Source: a bacterium (GTDB lineage: Bacteria; Patescibacteriota; Saccharimonadia; UBA4664; JBBRNT01). From it: 64,000 nt of DNA. Below the pieces are notes generated by a model. That model saw only the letters and a list, made by a program, of their open reading frames with translations, made no database searches and was not told the origin of the DNA. Each line of letters begins with the position of its first letter. Positions within the stretch are counted from its first letter, which is position 1. Location: positions 2,523 to 66,522 of the forward strand of contig JAYUFZ010000016.1 in NCBI GenBank assembly GCA_043767845.1, given 5' to 3'. The position numbers and the translations under genes are program-made. Below, piece after piece: positions 1 to 10,211 of this stretch.

Positions 1-142
1 CGGACTAACCCTCCCCGACCTGTAACCACAACGGTATCTGGAAACCGTGAATCTACAATTTGGCAGATGCTCCCAAGTATCTGCCCCAACCCAAGGTTTT
101 GATCTGGCAATCGCCGGAATAGATCAAAACATTAGGTAGGAA

Positions 143-409
143 TTATTTCTCCAGGACTTCGGAGGCGTTTAGGTAGCCGGACTTCAAGTAGTACTTGAGT
201 TGCTCCAGGAACTTAATACCATCACTGGGCAAATACGTTTTGGGTTGGCCTGCTTTACGCATTTCATTCATAACGCCGTCGGACTGCAGACTCGATACTA
301 GATCAGGGTCTCCGCTGCAGCTCACTATATTATCGTCACCGAGCGTACAGATGGCGGCTATAGATTGCTTGTAGTCGGCTCCAAGGCGATAGATTTCGAC
401 ATATTTCAT
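143..409 (-). CDS. small hypothetical protein, possible partner of the upstream kinase
   Basis: 88-aa ORF with an AGGAG RBS, starting 14 nt after the kinase stop. Confidence 0.7.
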   Translation of the reverse strand: MKYVEIYRLGADYKQSIAAICTLGDDNIVSCSGDPDLVSSLQSDGVMNEMRKAGQPKTYLPSDGIKFLEQLKYYLKSGYLNASEVLEK

Positions 410-423
410 AGTTTGCTCCTGGA

Positions 424-1380
424 TTAATAGGGCTGATATTTGCGGGCATAAGGGCTACCACGGAATTCCTCCCATGGACGGGCACTGCCGTTTGGGTCGC
501 TGAGGCAATCCCGTAGCCAATCGGTACGGCTCTGGAAATCGGCAATCTCGTCCTCCGGTAAAAGCAGGGTAAGTTCTCTCAGAAGGCTCTGCATTTTTTT
601 ACCGTCTCCGATGGTTTTTAAGAATTCCTGGCGAAATTGTGGGTCAATCTCGGATTCGGGGTAGTGGAGGGGGTTAAACGTGCGCTGTTCCGAACCGAAG
701 CGTTCCCGGAAAGCCATACCATTATCAATGGCAATTAATCTTCCATCCTCCTGCAGGATGTTCTGGGTATGGCGATCAGTATTGAAAATCAAGCAATCAA
801 AAAGCCAAAGTTTTTGGTATTCGAGCTCGCTGACCTGAGCCCTTAGGACTGCACGACCCTTCTCTGCGAAGTCCTGCAGACTGCCAGTCTCCCCATTAAT
901 GGTGCGGATGACGGTCGGTGGCGCAAGATCAAAATCAAGCATTTTACTAACCAAGTAGCCGGCTCGTTCACGGTGGCATTGACCGCCTATTTCAGCGCTC
1001 CCCACTCGGTAGTGGTCGTATTCGCCGCTCACCGGCTTGAAGACCGCTGCGCCGTCGCCGATGAGCTGCATGATCTGGGTCGTGTTAACGCCACCACCCA
1101 GTGCTTCTACGTGTCCAATTGGCAGTTCGGTTAGCTCTTGTTCGGTGGGGCTCAGGTGGGTTTCGAATTCTGGAGGGAGCTCGGCCAGTTCCGAGAAATC
1201 TCCGTGCTGCATGTCCTCGAGGAGGTTGTGCGGCTCGGCCTCATTGCGTTTACTCAGCATGTCTTCGAGCTCGCTTGCAAGCTGGGCACTCGAAGAGGCG
1301 CTACTCTCGGTTTGCGCGGAGTCGGCGTTTGTTGATTCAGGTTGGTCGCGGTGGCCGCGGAAAAAGCCTAAGATACCCAT
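424..1380 (-). CDS. PI3/PI4-kinase-like (HipA/SCO1664-like) kinase
   Basis: Motifs LGGGVN, AVFKP, RERAGY, NTDRHTQNIL and AIDNGMAF; acidic low-complexity N-terminus. Confidence 0.75.
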   Translation of the reverse strand: MGILGFFRGHRDQPESTNADSAQTESSASSSAQLASELEDMLSKRNEAEPHNLLEDMQHGDFSELAELPPEFETHLSPTEQELTELPIGHVEALGGGVNTTQIMQLIGDGAAVFKPVSGEYDHYRVGSAEIGGQCHRERAGYLVSKMLDFDLAPPTVIRTINGETGSLQDFAEKGRAVLRAQVSELEYQKLWLFDCLIFNTDRHTQNILQEDGRLIAIDNGMAFRERFGSEQRTFNPLHYPESEIDPQFRQEFLKTIGDGKKMQSLLRELTLLLPEDEIADFQSRTDWLRDCLSDPNGSARPWEEFRGSPYARKYQPY

Positions 1381-1419
1381 TACTTTGATGATAGCACGCG
1401 AGATTCCGCTTACGCCGTG

Positions 1420-1498
1420 TTTCGAATAGAAGGTTACCTTTTTACGCAGAAGAAAGGTAACCTTCTATTTACTTTCGGTATTTGTTTGGTATAATGCA
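1420..1498 (+). repeat. dispersed ~75-bp hairpin+promoter repeat, copy 1
   Basis: 17-bp inverted repeat AATAGAAGGTTACCTTT/AAAGGTAACCTTCTATT followed by TACTTTCGGTATTTGTTTGGTATAAT. Confidence 0.95.
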
Positions 1499-1574
1499 TT
1501 GCGGTGTGCTTGACCTAGCTCTTTTTGGTAGGTAGTCTAGCTCTGTTCAATCCATCCCCGACGAAGGGCGTACC

Positions 1575-2381
1575 ATGAGTGACAACGCAATTGATGAGGT
1601 GGTTGCCATCGATGGCCCGGCTGGCGTCGGCAAGTCTACAGCGGCGGCCGCGGTAGCGCTGCGACTCGGCTGGCTGTTTGTTAACACCGGATCGCTGTAT
1701 CGGACAGTGGTGGTAATGGCTGGTATCCACTCCATTCCACTTGATGATGAGACGGCGTTGGTCGAACTGATATTGGCCCATAGAATCACCATTCCTGGGC
1801 CAAACAGGGTTCGCGTACACAACGCTGAGTATTCCGAGCAGATTCGAGCCCCAGAGATCAGCATGCAGACGCCACTCGTAGCCAGACTGCCCAAGGTCAG
1901 GCAGGCGATCACCGAGCTGACCAAGCAGATGGTCGCTGATGCTCCTGGTGCTGTGCTTGAAGGCCGTGATATAGGCACGGTGGTCTTTCCGAACGCCAGA
2001 TACAAGTTCTGGTTGATGGCTGATGTGGCAATGCGTGAAGAGCGCATCCGGCTGATGCAGATGGAGCGAGGCGTTCCTGCCGATCAGTTGGCTGCTCAAA
2101 CCGAGGAGATCTTGGAGCGCGACCGAATTGACGCGCAGCGAACAACGTCGCCGATGAAGAAGGCTGATGGTGCGATTGCGATTGATTCGTCGCATTTATC
2201 GAAGGAAGAGGTCGTGGCGCACATCTGTTTGGTAGTCCAGGCCGAGTCTGATCCGGTTCAGCTGTTGCGAGCTGATGCCCTGCCGGTGCAAATTGCTCGA
2301 AACACTCCCCGGGGGCCAATATACTGGCTTGATGCCAATAATAAGCCGCTGCGCATGTTTCACCCACAGCCCGATAAGTAG
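1575..2381 (+). CDS. cmk: cytidylate kinase
   Basis: AIDGPAGVGKST, TGSLYR, LEGRDIGTVVFP and ERDRID motifs. Confidence 0.92.
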   Translation: MSDNAIDEVVAIDGPAGVGKSTAAAAVALRLGWLFVNTGSLYRTVVVMAGIHSIPLDDETALVELILAHRITIPGPNRVRVHNAEYSEQIRAPEISMQTPLVARLPKVRQAITELTKQMVADAPGAVLEGRDIGTVVFPNARYKFWLMADVAMREERIRLMQMERGVPADQLAAQTEEILERDRIDAQRTTSPMKKADGAIAIDSSHLSKEEVVAHICLVVQAESDPVQLLRADALPVQIARNTPRGPIYWLDANNKPLRMFHPQPDK

Positions 2382-2413
2382 TTCACCCGCCCCAAGCTAA
2401 GCTTGGGGTTTGT

Positions 2414-2854
2414 TTATTTGCGAGGTAACCTGGGGTGACTCAGCACGTTGAGTAGCAATGGGCTTTGGTGCTCGGGTAGAAAGTCGGGGTGGAACCATTT
2501 GGCGTCGCGCAGCTCCATGTGGTCGACGCGAATTTGGCGTTTGGTGGCTTTGGCCAGGTAAACGTGATTGCCAGGGCGGCCGAAATTATTCGTATTCTCG
2601 ATATAGCCAAGCTCGTCGTGGATCTCAACCGAGAGGCGTAGCTCCTCGAATACTTCACGTAGGGCGGCCGACTTGGGGTCTTCGCCGTCGTCAATGCCGC
2701 CGCCAGGCAGCGACCAATGCCCGAAGCCAACCCAATTGCGCACCAGTAGGATGTGCTCGTCGTGGGTTATCAGGATATTGGCGCCCTTGGTGGGTTTGCC
2801 AAGGCGGATAGGGTAGTGTTTGGAGATCTCTTTGTCGGTCACGTTGGAGCTCAT
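2414..2854 (-). CDS. NUDIX hydrolase
   Basis: Nudix box PGGGIDDGEDPKSAALREVFEE. Confidence 0.9.
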   Translation of the reverse strand: MSSNVTDKEISKHYPIRLGKPTKGANILITHDEHILLVRNWVGFGHWSLPGGGIDDGEDPKSAALREVFEELRLSVEIHDELGYIENTNNFGRPGNHVYLAKATKRQIRVDHMELRDAKWFHPDFLPEHQSPLLLNVLSHPRLPRK

Positions 2855-3694
2855 TTAGCTTGATAGATTGGCTTTGGGGTAGGAGCCGAAGATTGTGACC
2901 TGGCAATTCTGGGTTTTCAGGATTTCGAGCGCTCTACTAAGGCTAGTATCCCCGATGCCAGCTTCAACGTCTAGGTAAAAGGTGTAATGCCAGGCGTCGG
3001 TGGGAATGGGTCGGGAGTGTAGCATGGTCATATTCATACCGAGATCGGAGAAGGCGGCCAAGGCAGAGACTAGTGAGCCGGGCGTGTGATCAGTCACCAG
3101 AGCAAGCGAGGTCTTTGTGGCTTGGCTAAGGTTGGCGGGGCGCTGCGCGTCGAGGCGGATGAAGCGAGTGTAGTTGCGGTGATGGTCCTCGATATCGGCG
3201 GCTAATATTGGGAGCTGGTGCAGATCGGCGGCTGCCTTGGATGCGATGGCGGCTTTAGCGGGGTCGTTCCAGCTTTTGACCAAGGCCACGCTGCCGGCAG
3301 TATCAGACTCCTCGATTAATTTGGCGTGGGGCAAATGTTGTTCTAGCCAGGCTCGGCATTGGCCGAGGGCGGGGGCTTGGGAGTGAACTTCATTGATCTG
3401 TGATAGCTCACTACTGGGGAGCCCGATGAGCTGGTGGTGGATCTCTAGATATACTTCGCCGGCCACCCAGGCGTGCTGTTCGCTGAGTAGGTCGTAGGTG
3501 TCGTTGATGGTGCCGTAGAGTGAGTTCTCGATGGCCACTACGGCGTGGTCGGCCTGGCCACTTGAAACTGCCTTGAAGGCGGCAGTAAAGTTAGGGCAGC
3601 CAATAAGCTCAACATCTGAGCCAAAGAGTCGCGTGGCAGCCTCGGCGTGAAATGAACCTTCTTGGCCTTGGATAGCAATTTTTGTTTTTATCAT
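2855..3694 (-). CDS. pheA: prephenate dehydratase
   Basis: QGQEGSFH, IENSLYG and NYTRF motifs plus a C-terminal ACT domain; start moved to MIKTK. Confidence 0.92.
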   Translation of the reverse strand: MIKTKIAIQGQEGSFHAEAATRLFGSDVELIGCPNFTAAFKAVSSGQADHAVVAIENSLYGTINDTYDLLSEQHAWVAGEVYLEIHHQLIGLPSSELSQINEVHSQAPALGQCRAWLEQHLPHAKLIEESDTAGSVALVKSWNDPAKAAIASKAAADLHQLPILAADIEDHHRNYTRFIRLDAQRPANLSQATKTSLALVTDHTPGSLVSALAAFSDLGMNMTMLHSRPIPTDAWHYTFYLDVEAGIGDTSLSRALEILKTQNCQVTIFGSYPKANLSS

Positions 3695-3767
3695 GACCGC
3701 TAGCTTAGCAATTTTGAGGATGACAATCAAGGAAGGCCCGTATGCTGCTTCATAGAGCATAAGCGTT

Positions 3768-3814
3768 TGAAAAAGGTCTGATCTTTTCATACTGAAAAGA
3801 TCAGACCTTTTTCA
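3768..3814. repeat. perfect 22-bp inverted repeat, second palindrome family (AAAAGRTCWGAYCTTTT)
   Basis: TGAAAAAGGTCTGATCTTTTCA-tac-TGAAAAGATCAGACCTTTTTCA; related units at ~3861, 13404, 13476 and 63511. Confidence 0.85.
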
Positions 3815-3954
3815 TGGATACACCTGAAAACGCTATTACGCTTTTGCTGTCAGGGGGTAACAATGATCTGATCTTTTCTATTGCTAACGGATGGCCAGAT
3901 CGCCAAAAGTATCAGATAATGAAAGTATACAGATCGCTAATCCGGAGGGTTCTT

Positions 3955-5298
3955 ATGAAATTCGCCCAACATATTTTCAAAGCTTATGATATTCGTGGCC
4001 TGGTGCCAGATGAATTAACCGTCGAGCTGGCCTATAGTGTCGGTGTGGCATTGGCCGACTTTTTGCCAGATGAAGGCCCCGTGGGTGTCGGCCGTGATAT
4101 GCGCCCCGATTCCGCCGAGCTGGCCGAGCATGTCCGGGCTGGTCTCATCGCCCAGGGCCGCGATGTGGTCGACATAGGCCAGGTCACCAGCGACATGATC
4201 TACTTCGCCGTCGGCAAGTACGACCTGGCCGGCGGAGCAATGATAACTGCCAGCCACAACCCCGGCCAATACAACGGCATAAAGATGTGCGGCAAAGCCG
4301 CACGCCCAATCGGAATTGAGACGGGGCTAGCAACAATCCGTGACGCCATTGCCGCCGACGACTTCAAAGAACCCACTCGTATCGGTCAGATCGCCCAAAA
4401 AGATATCGTCGATGCCTGGGTTGATCACTCCCTAGGCTTTGTCGATGTCGACAAATGGCCCCCTTACAAGATTGCAGTCGATGCCGGAAACGGCATGGCT
4501 GGAGCAATTATCCCTCATCTGCACGGCAAAACACCGCTTGAAGTCACGCCGATGTATTTCGAGCTAGATGGCACCTTCCCTAATCATCCGGCCAACCCAT
4601 TGGTGCCCGAGGGCACCGCCGACCTGCGCGCTCGAGTCAAAGCCGATAAGCTGGACTTCGGGGTGGCCTTCGATGGCGACGGTGACCGAGCTTTTCTGGT
4701 CGACGAATTAGGTAACCTCGTAACCGGGGGGCAAATGTCGGCCATGCTAGCCGCTGCCTTTTTGGCTAAGTTCCCTGGCGCCAATATCGTCTACGACGCC
4801 CGTAATTCACACACAGTTCCAGAAGTAATAACTGAACTAGGCGGTAAGCCTGTAATCTCCAAAGTCGGCCACAGCAATATCAAGGCTGTCATGCGCGAGG
4901 CCGACGCACCATTTGGTGGTGAATTCTCGGGGCATTACTACTTCCGCGACAACTATTATGCCGACTCCGGATTGATCGGCGCTTTGGCTGCTATCGATGT
5001 GCTCGCTAAGTCTGGTAAGAAGCTATCTGAACTGGCTGCCGAGTATAGCCACTACGCCTCGTCAGGCGAGATTAACTCCAAGGTTGAGGATCCAGCTGGC
5101 AAAATCGAGGAGCTGGTAAAAAAATACGAGGACGGCAATCAAGATCGCCTCGATGGCCTATCCGTAAACTACCCCACCTGGTGGTTCAATGTGCGTGGCA
5201 GCAACACCGAGCCTCTCCTGCGACTTAATGTTGAAGCCAAATCCGAGGCCGAAATGATTGCCAAACGGGACGAGCTGCTCGATTTGATCCGAGGCTAA
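3955..5298 (+). CDS. phosphomannomutase/phosphoglucomutase
   Basis: FKAYDIRG, ITASHNP, DGDGDR and GEFSGH motifs; GGAGG RBS before MKFAQ. Confidence 0.95.
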   Translation: MKFAQHIFKAYDIRGLVPDELTVELAYSVGVALADFLPDEGPVGVGRDMRPDSAELAEHVRAGLIAQGRDVVDIGQVTSDMIYFAVGKYDLAGGAMITASHNPGQYNGIKMCGKAARPIGIETGLATIRDAIAADDFKEPTRIGQIAQKDIVDAWVDHSLGFVDVDKWPPYKIAVDAGNGMAGAIIPHLHGKTPLEVTPMYFELDGTFPNHPANPLVPEGTADLRARVKADKLDFGVAFDGDGDRAFLVDELGNLVTGGQMSAMLAAAFLAKFPGANIVYDARNSHTVPEVITELGGKPVISKVGHSNIKAVMREADAPFGGEFSGHYYFRDNYYADSGLIGALAAIDVLAKSGKKLSELAAEYSHYASSGEINSKVEDPAGKIEELVKKYEDGNQDRLDGLSVNYPTWWFNVRGSNTEPLLRLNVEAKSEAEMIAKRDELLDLIRG

Positions 5299-5356
5299 TT
5301 GACTGCCTATGCGGGCGGGCATAGTATTAGGCTGTTCCTACTACGGAAGGCCCTGC

Positions 5357-5653
5357 ATGAATGCTGCTTTGAATCAACGGTTCGTCCCGCTCCCACGAGC
5401 TCTCGCCCGGATGTGGATGTTGGCTGCGGCCTTGGGTTTCTTGACTGGTCTACAGCGCCAGCCCGCCTACTGGTTGGTCAACGTGCCGTTCATGCTCTAC
5501 ATAGCAGCCCATCTGCTGCATCGCCAGCCAAACAGCACCGGATCAAAGCACGATGATTCGCTGGTGAACATCGCACTATCGTTCATCGCGGTCGGAATCG
5601 TCGTCCTTTTCTGGTTCAGTATCGGCGCGTTGATCCATCGGGCCTTGACCTGA
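5357..5653 (+). CDS. small membrane protein
   Basis: About three hydrophobic segments, followed by a terminator-like hairpin. Confidence 0.55.
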   Translation: MNAALNQRFVPLPRALARMWMLAAALGFLTGLQRQPAYWLVNVPFMLYIAAHLLHRQPNSTGSKHDDSLVNIALSFIAVGIVVLFWFSIGALIHRALT

Positions 5654-5735
5654 CGCTTGTGCCCCGTTGTCCCGATCATCTGATCGGGCTTCTTTTTGTG
5701 TTGGAAGTTCGCCCACTGTTCGGTAATATAACTGT

Positions 5736-6293
5736 ATGACAGCAAATGTGGCAAAACTTGGGCACAAGAAAGTCCGCGAATTGGCGCTTAGTGGCGAGGT
5801 TGTATTGGCGACGGCCGAGGGCTTGCGCCAGCTGAAGCTCCAAACCAATGCTCTCCAGACCGAGCGAAAACGCCTCGACTATGAGATAGGCGAGACGGTA
5901 AAAGATTATCCCGACTTACGCGAGAACGCCACCTACGATGTGCTCATTGCCAAGATCGACCACTCCTTGCCGCGTCAGGAGGCCGACTTGCGCGACCTTA
6001 TCCAGAAAACGCAATTGTACATTGAGAAAACCAAGGCCGACGTCGTAGCTTTCGGCTCAGTCTTTAATCTAGAGACCGTCGATGGCGATCAATCACGCTT
6101 TTGGCTCGCCGGCCCGATCGAAGCTGGCGCACAGCTTATGCAAGAAGACGCATTAGCAGTGTCGTATCTATCACCACTCGGCAAAGCCGTCTGGGGTGCG
6201 GCAGTGGGAGATGAGATCGAAGTCCGCTTGCCGGCTCGTGGCAAAGATCGCTTTACGCTCTACCGGGTTGTATCAGCTAAACGACCAAAATAA
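5736..6293 (+). CDS. greA: GreA/GreB-family transcription elongation factor
   Basis: DLRENATY coiled-coil tip; SYLSPLGKAV C-terminal motif. Confidence 0.8.
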   Translation: MTANVAKLGHKKVRELALSGEVVLATAEGLRQLKLQTNALQTERKRLDYEIGETVKDYPDLRENATYDVLIAKIDHSLPRQEADLRDLIQKTQLYIEKTKADVVAFGSVFNLETVDGDQSRFWLAGPIEAGAQLMQEDALAVSYLSPLGKAVWGAAVGDEIEVRLPARGKDRFTLYRVVSAKRPK

Positions 6294-6334
6294 TCGGCCT
6301 GATTATTAAGCTTACGCTGTGCTAAAATTAGAGC

Positions 6335-6982
6335 ATGAAAAAACAAGCAACCAAGCCTTCCGCAAAACCTACTGCCAAAGCAGTCACAAAACCTATTCCA
6401 AATAGAGCTACCACAGCAGGTACGCAGGCACTTCAAAGGAACTGGAAATTACTTATCAGTGCAGCAGTAGGGCTTGTAGCATTGTTGGTTATAACCGCAG
6501 CTTACTCACATAAGGCCACAGCGCCGGCATCGCTCGTAGCTTGCACCTCGAACTTGGCGGGCGACGTAAACCAAGTCGAATACAGCTATAGCGGAGGGTC
6601 AACCCCGCCACCTTACGGATACGTTTACCATATTGCACTCAACTGCAACGGATCTGTATTCAATATGGAAGATACTGCCAACAAACCGCTTTACCATACG
6701 ACAGGAAAGAATGATGCCGCTTCCCAGCAGATTATTGCGGCCTTGGCCATGGACTTAGCGGACCGCCGTAAAAGCGAGGTAAAGCCTGACGCGCTCGATT
6801 GCACGACTACTGTTGGTGGCCCATGGGCTTCAATTGTTCTTACGCATTCTGATACTGCCAAAACTAAATACACGATTGATCTGTGCTTATTTAAGGGCGA
6901 TGAGCGTACGGCTGCACTTGTAGACCAAATCAAGGCGCTAATTCCAGATCTCGATAGTATTGTAGCCAGCCACCACAAATAG
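6335..6982 (+). CDS. membrane-anchored exported hypothetical protein
   Basis: Basic N-terminus, one TM helix, four Cys in the exported part. Confidence 0.7.
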   Translation: MKKQATKPSAKPTAKAVTKPIPNRATTAGTQALQRNWKLLISAAVGLVALLVITAAYSHKATAPASLVACTSNLAGDVNQVEYSYSGGSTPPPYGYVYHIALNCNGSVFNMEDTANKPLYHTTGKNDAASQQIIAALAMDLADRRKSEVKPDALDCTTTVGGPWASIVLTHSDTAKTKYTIDLCLFKGDERTAALVDQIKALIPDLDSIVASHHK

Positions 6983-7021
6983 CCTGCTCTTGACGCCCAA
7001 AAATCATAACGCTAGGATAAA

Positions 7022-7048
7022 TTAGCACTCAGCATAATAGAGTGCTAA
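7022..7048. promoter_or_regulatory. CIRCE element (HrcA operator)
   Basis: Perfect TTAGCACTC-N9-GAGTGCTAA upstream of groES. Confidence 0.97.
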
Positions 7049-7085
7049 TATTGATGTATAGAGTTTGAATAATAAGGAGGCTTAC

Positions 7086-7358
7086 ATGAAATTGCAGCCA
7101 CTCGCAGACCGGATTATAGCCACGCCAGTCGAAGCGGAAGCTAAGAGCGCTTCTGGTATTTTGTTGCCAGAAAGCGCCAAAGAAAAACCACAGATCGCCG
7201 AAGTTATCGCTGTTGGCGCTGATGTGAAAGAGATCAAGGTCGGCGATAAGGTCGTTTACTCCGAGAATTACGACCATCGCCCGGAGACTTTGAAAGTCGA
7301 TGGCAAGGACCTTTTGATTATGAAAGAGAAAAGTATTTTAGCAGTGGTAAAGGGGTAA
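7086..7358 (+). CDS. groES: co-chaperonin GroES
   Basis: LQPLADR, SGILLP and KEKPQ motifs; AAGGAGG RBS. Confidence 0.97.
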   Translation: MKLQPLADRIIATPVEAEAKSASGILLPESAKEKPQIAEVIAVGADVKEIKVGDKVVYSENYDHRPETLKVDGKDLLIMKEKSILAVVKG

Positions 7359-7360
7359 TT

Positions 7361-9025
7361 ATGGCAAAGAAGATTTATTTTGACGATGAAGCCCGCAGCC
7401 GAGTACTAGCTGGGGCCAAGGAATTGTATGACGCCGTAAAGGTAACCATGGGGCCAAAGGGTCGCAACGTGGTGATCTCGAAGTCTTATGGTGGTCCGAC
7501 TGTCACGCATGACGGCGTCACAGTCGCCAAAGCTGTAGATATTGAGCAATCGCCCAAGCTGGAAAAGACCTGGGGCTACAATGTCGGCGCCGACCTGATC
7601 CGCCAGGCAGCTTCAAAGACAAATGATACGGTTGGCGATGGAACGACGACTTCGACTGTGCTTGCGTATCGTATTCTCGCAGAAGCTAATAAGCTAATTG
7701 CTTCTGGCCACAACCCGATGGATCTGAAAAAAGGCCTTGATCACGCTTCCAGCGAAGTATTGGCACAGATCGAAGGCATGAGCGAGAAGATTGCCGGCAA
7801 TCGGGCTAAAATCGCCCAGGTAGCTACCGTATCAGCAGGTGACTCCGAGATTGGTGAACTGATCGCCGACGTTATCGAAGCCGTTGGCGGCGAAGGCTCT
7901 GTCACCGTTGAGCAATCGCAAACGCTCGGTATGGAGAAGGAGATTGTCGAAGGCTTCAAGATCGACCGCGGTTACGTCAGCCCGTATATGGTCACTGATG
8001 CAGCCCGTATGGAATCCGTATACGACAAGCCGCTCATCATGATTACCGATAAGAAGATCAGCTCCATTCAAGAGATTTTACCGTTACTCGAGAAAGTCGC
8101 CCAAGGCGGCAAGAAGGAATTGGTGATTATTGCTGAGGATGTAGAAGGCGATGCATTATCGACTCTAATCTTGAACCGCTTAAAGGGCGCATTTAATGCC
8201 CTAGCTATCAAGGCTCCAGCCTTTGGCGACCGCCGCAAGGCAATCCTCGAAGATATCGCCATCTTGACCGGTGCCCAGGTTATCAGTGATGAAAGTGGCA
8301 TGACCTTTGAGAATGTCGGTGTTGAAGTACTGGGAAGCGCTCGTAAGATCATTGCTACCAAGGATGACACAACCATTATTGAAGGCTACGGTGATCTGAA
8401 AGACGTCAATGACCGCATTGCCCAGATTAAGGCTCAGGCCGAGCATGCTACCAGCGAATACGACAAAGAGAATATGGAAAAGCGATTATCGGCGCTAGCC
8501 GGCAAGGTCGCCGTTATCAAAGTCGGCGGTGCTACTGAGACCGAGATCGAGGAAAAGAAGTTCCGCGTCGATGATGCCGTAGCTGCTACCAAAGCAGCCG
8601 TGGCCGAAGGTATTGTCCCTGGCGGCGGCGTGACTTTAGTCGATCTGTCCAAGTCTATTGATCTTGAAGGCGCTAAGGCTACAGATTCCCGCGCAGTTGG
8701 AGCATTAATACTGAAGGAAGCGCTGCTACACCCCTTCCGCCAGCTGATGTTTAACGCCGGATTGAATCAAGAAGAAAAGCTCGCCAAGGTGCTCGAATCA
8801 GGTAAGCCAGGTTGGGGCTTCGACGTCAATGCTGCAGATAAATTGATCGACCTGATGCAAGCCGGAATCGTCGACCCGGCCAAGGTGACGCGCGAAGCTA
8901 TTACCAATGCTGTATCTGTTGCCGGTACAGCCATGACCATGGGCAGCCTCATTGTTGAGATCCCAGAAGAGAAATCTGGCGGCGGCGCTGGTGGCGGGAT
9001 GCCTGGCATGGGCATGGATTACTAG
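7361..9025 (+). CDS. groEL: chaperonin GroEL
   Basis: TMGPKGRNV, GDGTTT and GGM tail. Confidence 0.99.
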   Translation: MAKKIYFDDEARSRVLAGAKELYDAVKVTMGPKGRNVVISKSYGGPTVTHDGVTVAKAVDIEQSPKLEKTWGYNVGADLIRQAASKTNDTVGDGTTTSTVLAYRILAEANKLIASGHNPMDLKKGLDHASSEVLAQIEGMSEKIAGNRAKIAQVATVSAGDSEIGELIADVIEAVGGEGSVTVEQSQTLGMEKEIVEGFKIDRGYVSPYMVTDAARMESVYDKPLIMITDKKISSIQEILPLLEKVAQGGKKELVIIAEDVEGDALSTLILNRLKGAFNALAIKAPAFGDRRKAILEDIAILTGAQVISDESGMTFENVGVEVLGSARKIIATKDDTTIIEGYGDLKDVNDRIAQIKAQAEHATSEYDKENMEKRLSALAGKVAVIKVGGATETEIEEKKFRVDDAVAATKAAVAEGIVPGGGVTLVDLSKSIDLEGAKATDSRAVGALILKEALLHPFRQLMFNAGLNQEEKLAKVLESGKPGWGFDVNAADKLIDLMQAGIVDPAKVTREAITNAVSVAGTAMTMGSLIVEIPEEKSGGGAGGGMPGMGMDY

Positions 9026-9062
9026 TACGACCTCGCTGTTTCACGTATTCCGTCTGATCTGA

Positions 9063-9091
9063 AAAAAGAGACCCCTTAGGGGTCTCTTTTT
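9063..9091. terminator. intrinsic terminator
   Basis: AAAAAGAGACCCC-tta-GGGGTCTCTTTTT. Confidence 0.85.
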
Positions 9092-9106
9092 GGTATGATA
9101 GAGCTA

Positions 9107-9967
9107 ATGATACCCGAAATACCACTGACACACACCTTATCCAAATCCAAGCGTGAGCAGGACGGCGAGCGCCCCAGCCACGAGGGGATTCCTGCTGTAG
9201 ACAAGGATTCCTTTGAGCTTGACCGCGAGAGCTTCAAGGCTAACTTTGAGGTTGTCCGCGATATGATCGAAGCGGCTCGTAGCGCCGGCAGCCTGGCCGA
9301 GGGCTACAAGAAAGCGCTAGCCTATCGCGCCGAGTGCGGCCATCCGCAGCTCGCTCTCCAAATAGACTTAATGCTGAGCTCCATGACCGTCGGACCGGTC
9401 GACCGTGCCCTGCAACAGCTGCAGGGCGATAAAGAAGCCATAAAACAGCTACCAGTAGAAGAGCGCGATGAGGCACGGACCGAAAACAAGCTCAAGATTG
9501 CCCGGCATAAGCGGGTAATGGTTGGTTTTAATCACGGTATTCGCGAGCTAGTGGCCGAGAACCCACACGCTATGTCGATATCGAGCGTAACCAATTGGTT
9601 AGACCACCCGGATTACGACCGGACTTCATTGGTCGGCACCATCAAGGGCGCTTTTGGCGAGGTCGCCGCTCAAAAGATCCTTTCTGGGGTCAAGGGTGTG
9701 GTGGGCGTGGAGTACGGCAGTGTTGATGATGATCTGGTCGGTAAAGACCTGTGGGTGAAGGATATCAGCGGCAAAGAAATCGGCTTTGACGTTAAAAACA
9801 GTGTGTTGCCACAAGAGAAGACTATAGAGCGAGTAGCGCGCGAGGGTGAGCCAGATCGGATTATTCTCAGATTGGATTCAAATCAACTGATCGATACCGA
9901 CCCGAAGCCTGGCTACGCAGAGACCATCCAGCAGTTAGTAGCGCAAGAATTGGGCTTGACAATATGA
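9107..9967 (+). CDS. hypothetical protein, possible C-terminal PD-(D/E)XK nuclease-like domain
   Basis: GAFGE...DDLVGKDLWV...GFDVK pattern. Confidence 0.55.
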   Translation: MIPEIPLTHTLSKSKREQDGERPSHEGIPAVDKDSFELDRESFKANFEVVRDMIEAARSAGSLAEGYKKALAYRAECGHPQLALQIDLMLSSMTVGPVDRALQQLQGDKEAIKQLPVEERDEARTENKLKIARHKRVMVGFNHGIRELVAENPHAMSISSVTNWLDHPDYDRTSLVGTIKGAFGEVAAQKILSGVKGVVGVEYGSVDDDLVGKDLWVKDISGKEIGFDVKNSVLPQEKTIERVAREGEPDRIILRLDSNQLIDTDPKPGYAETIQQLVAQELGLTI

Positions 9968-10043
9968 CAGTTATGGTGTTTAATGTAATAGTTCATCGCT
10001 ACGCACGGGTTGTCCGTGCTCAAAAGCTGAAAGGAGGCAACTA

Positions 10044-10211
10044 ATGCCTGCTACCGAAGCCCCCGCAGATCTCATCTGCGAAGTCGTCACCGTTTTGATG
10101 GCCACCAGCCAGGGCGAGCTGACCGACGACCAACGAGCACTCATGGAAGCGCACATTGCTTCCTGCCCGATCTGTACCGATCGAGCAACTCACTACACCC
10201 CGGCCGCCTAG
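10044..10211 (+). CDS. 55-aa stand-alone zf-HC2/ZAS anti-sigma-type zinc-finger protein (missing from the ORF track)
   Basis: MPATEAPADLICEVVTVLMATSQGELTDDQRALMEAHIASCPICTDRATHYTPAA; AAGGAGG RBS, TTGACA promoter and terminator. Confidence 0.8.
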   Translation: MPATEAPADLICEVVTVLMATSQGELTDDQRALMEAHIASCPICTDRATHYTPAA

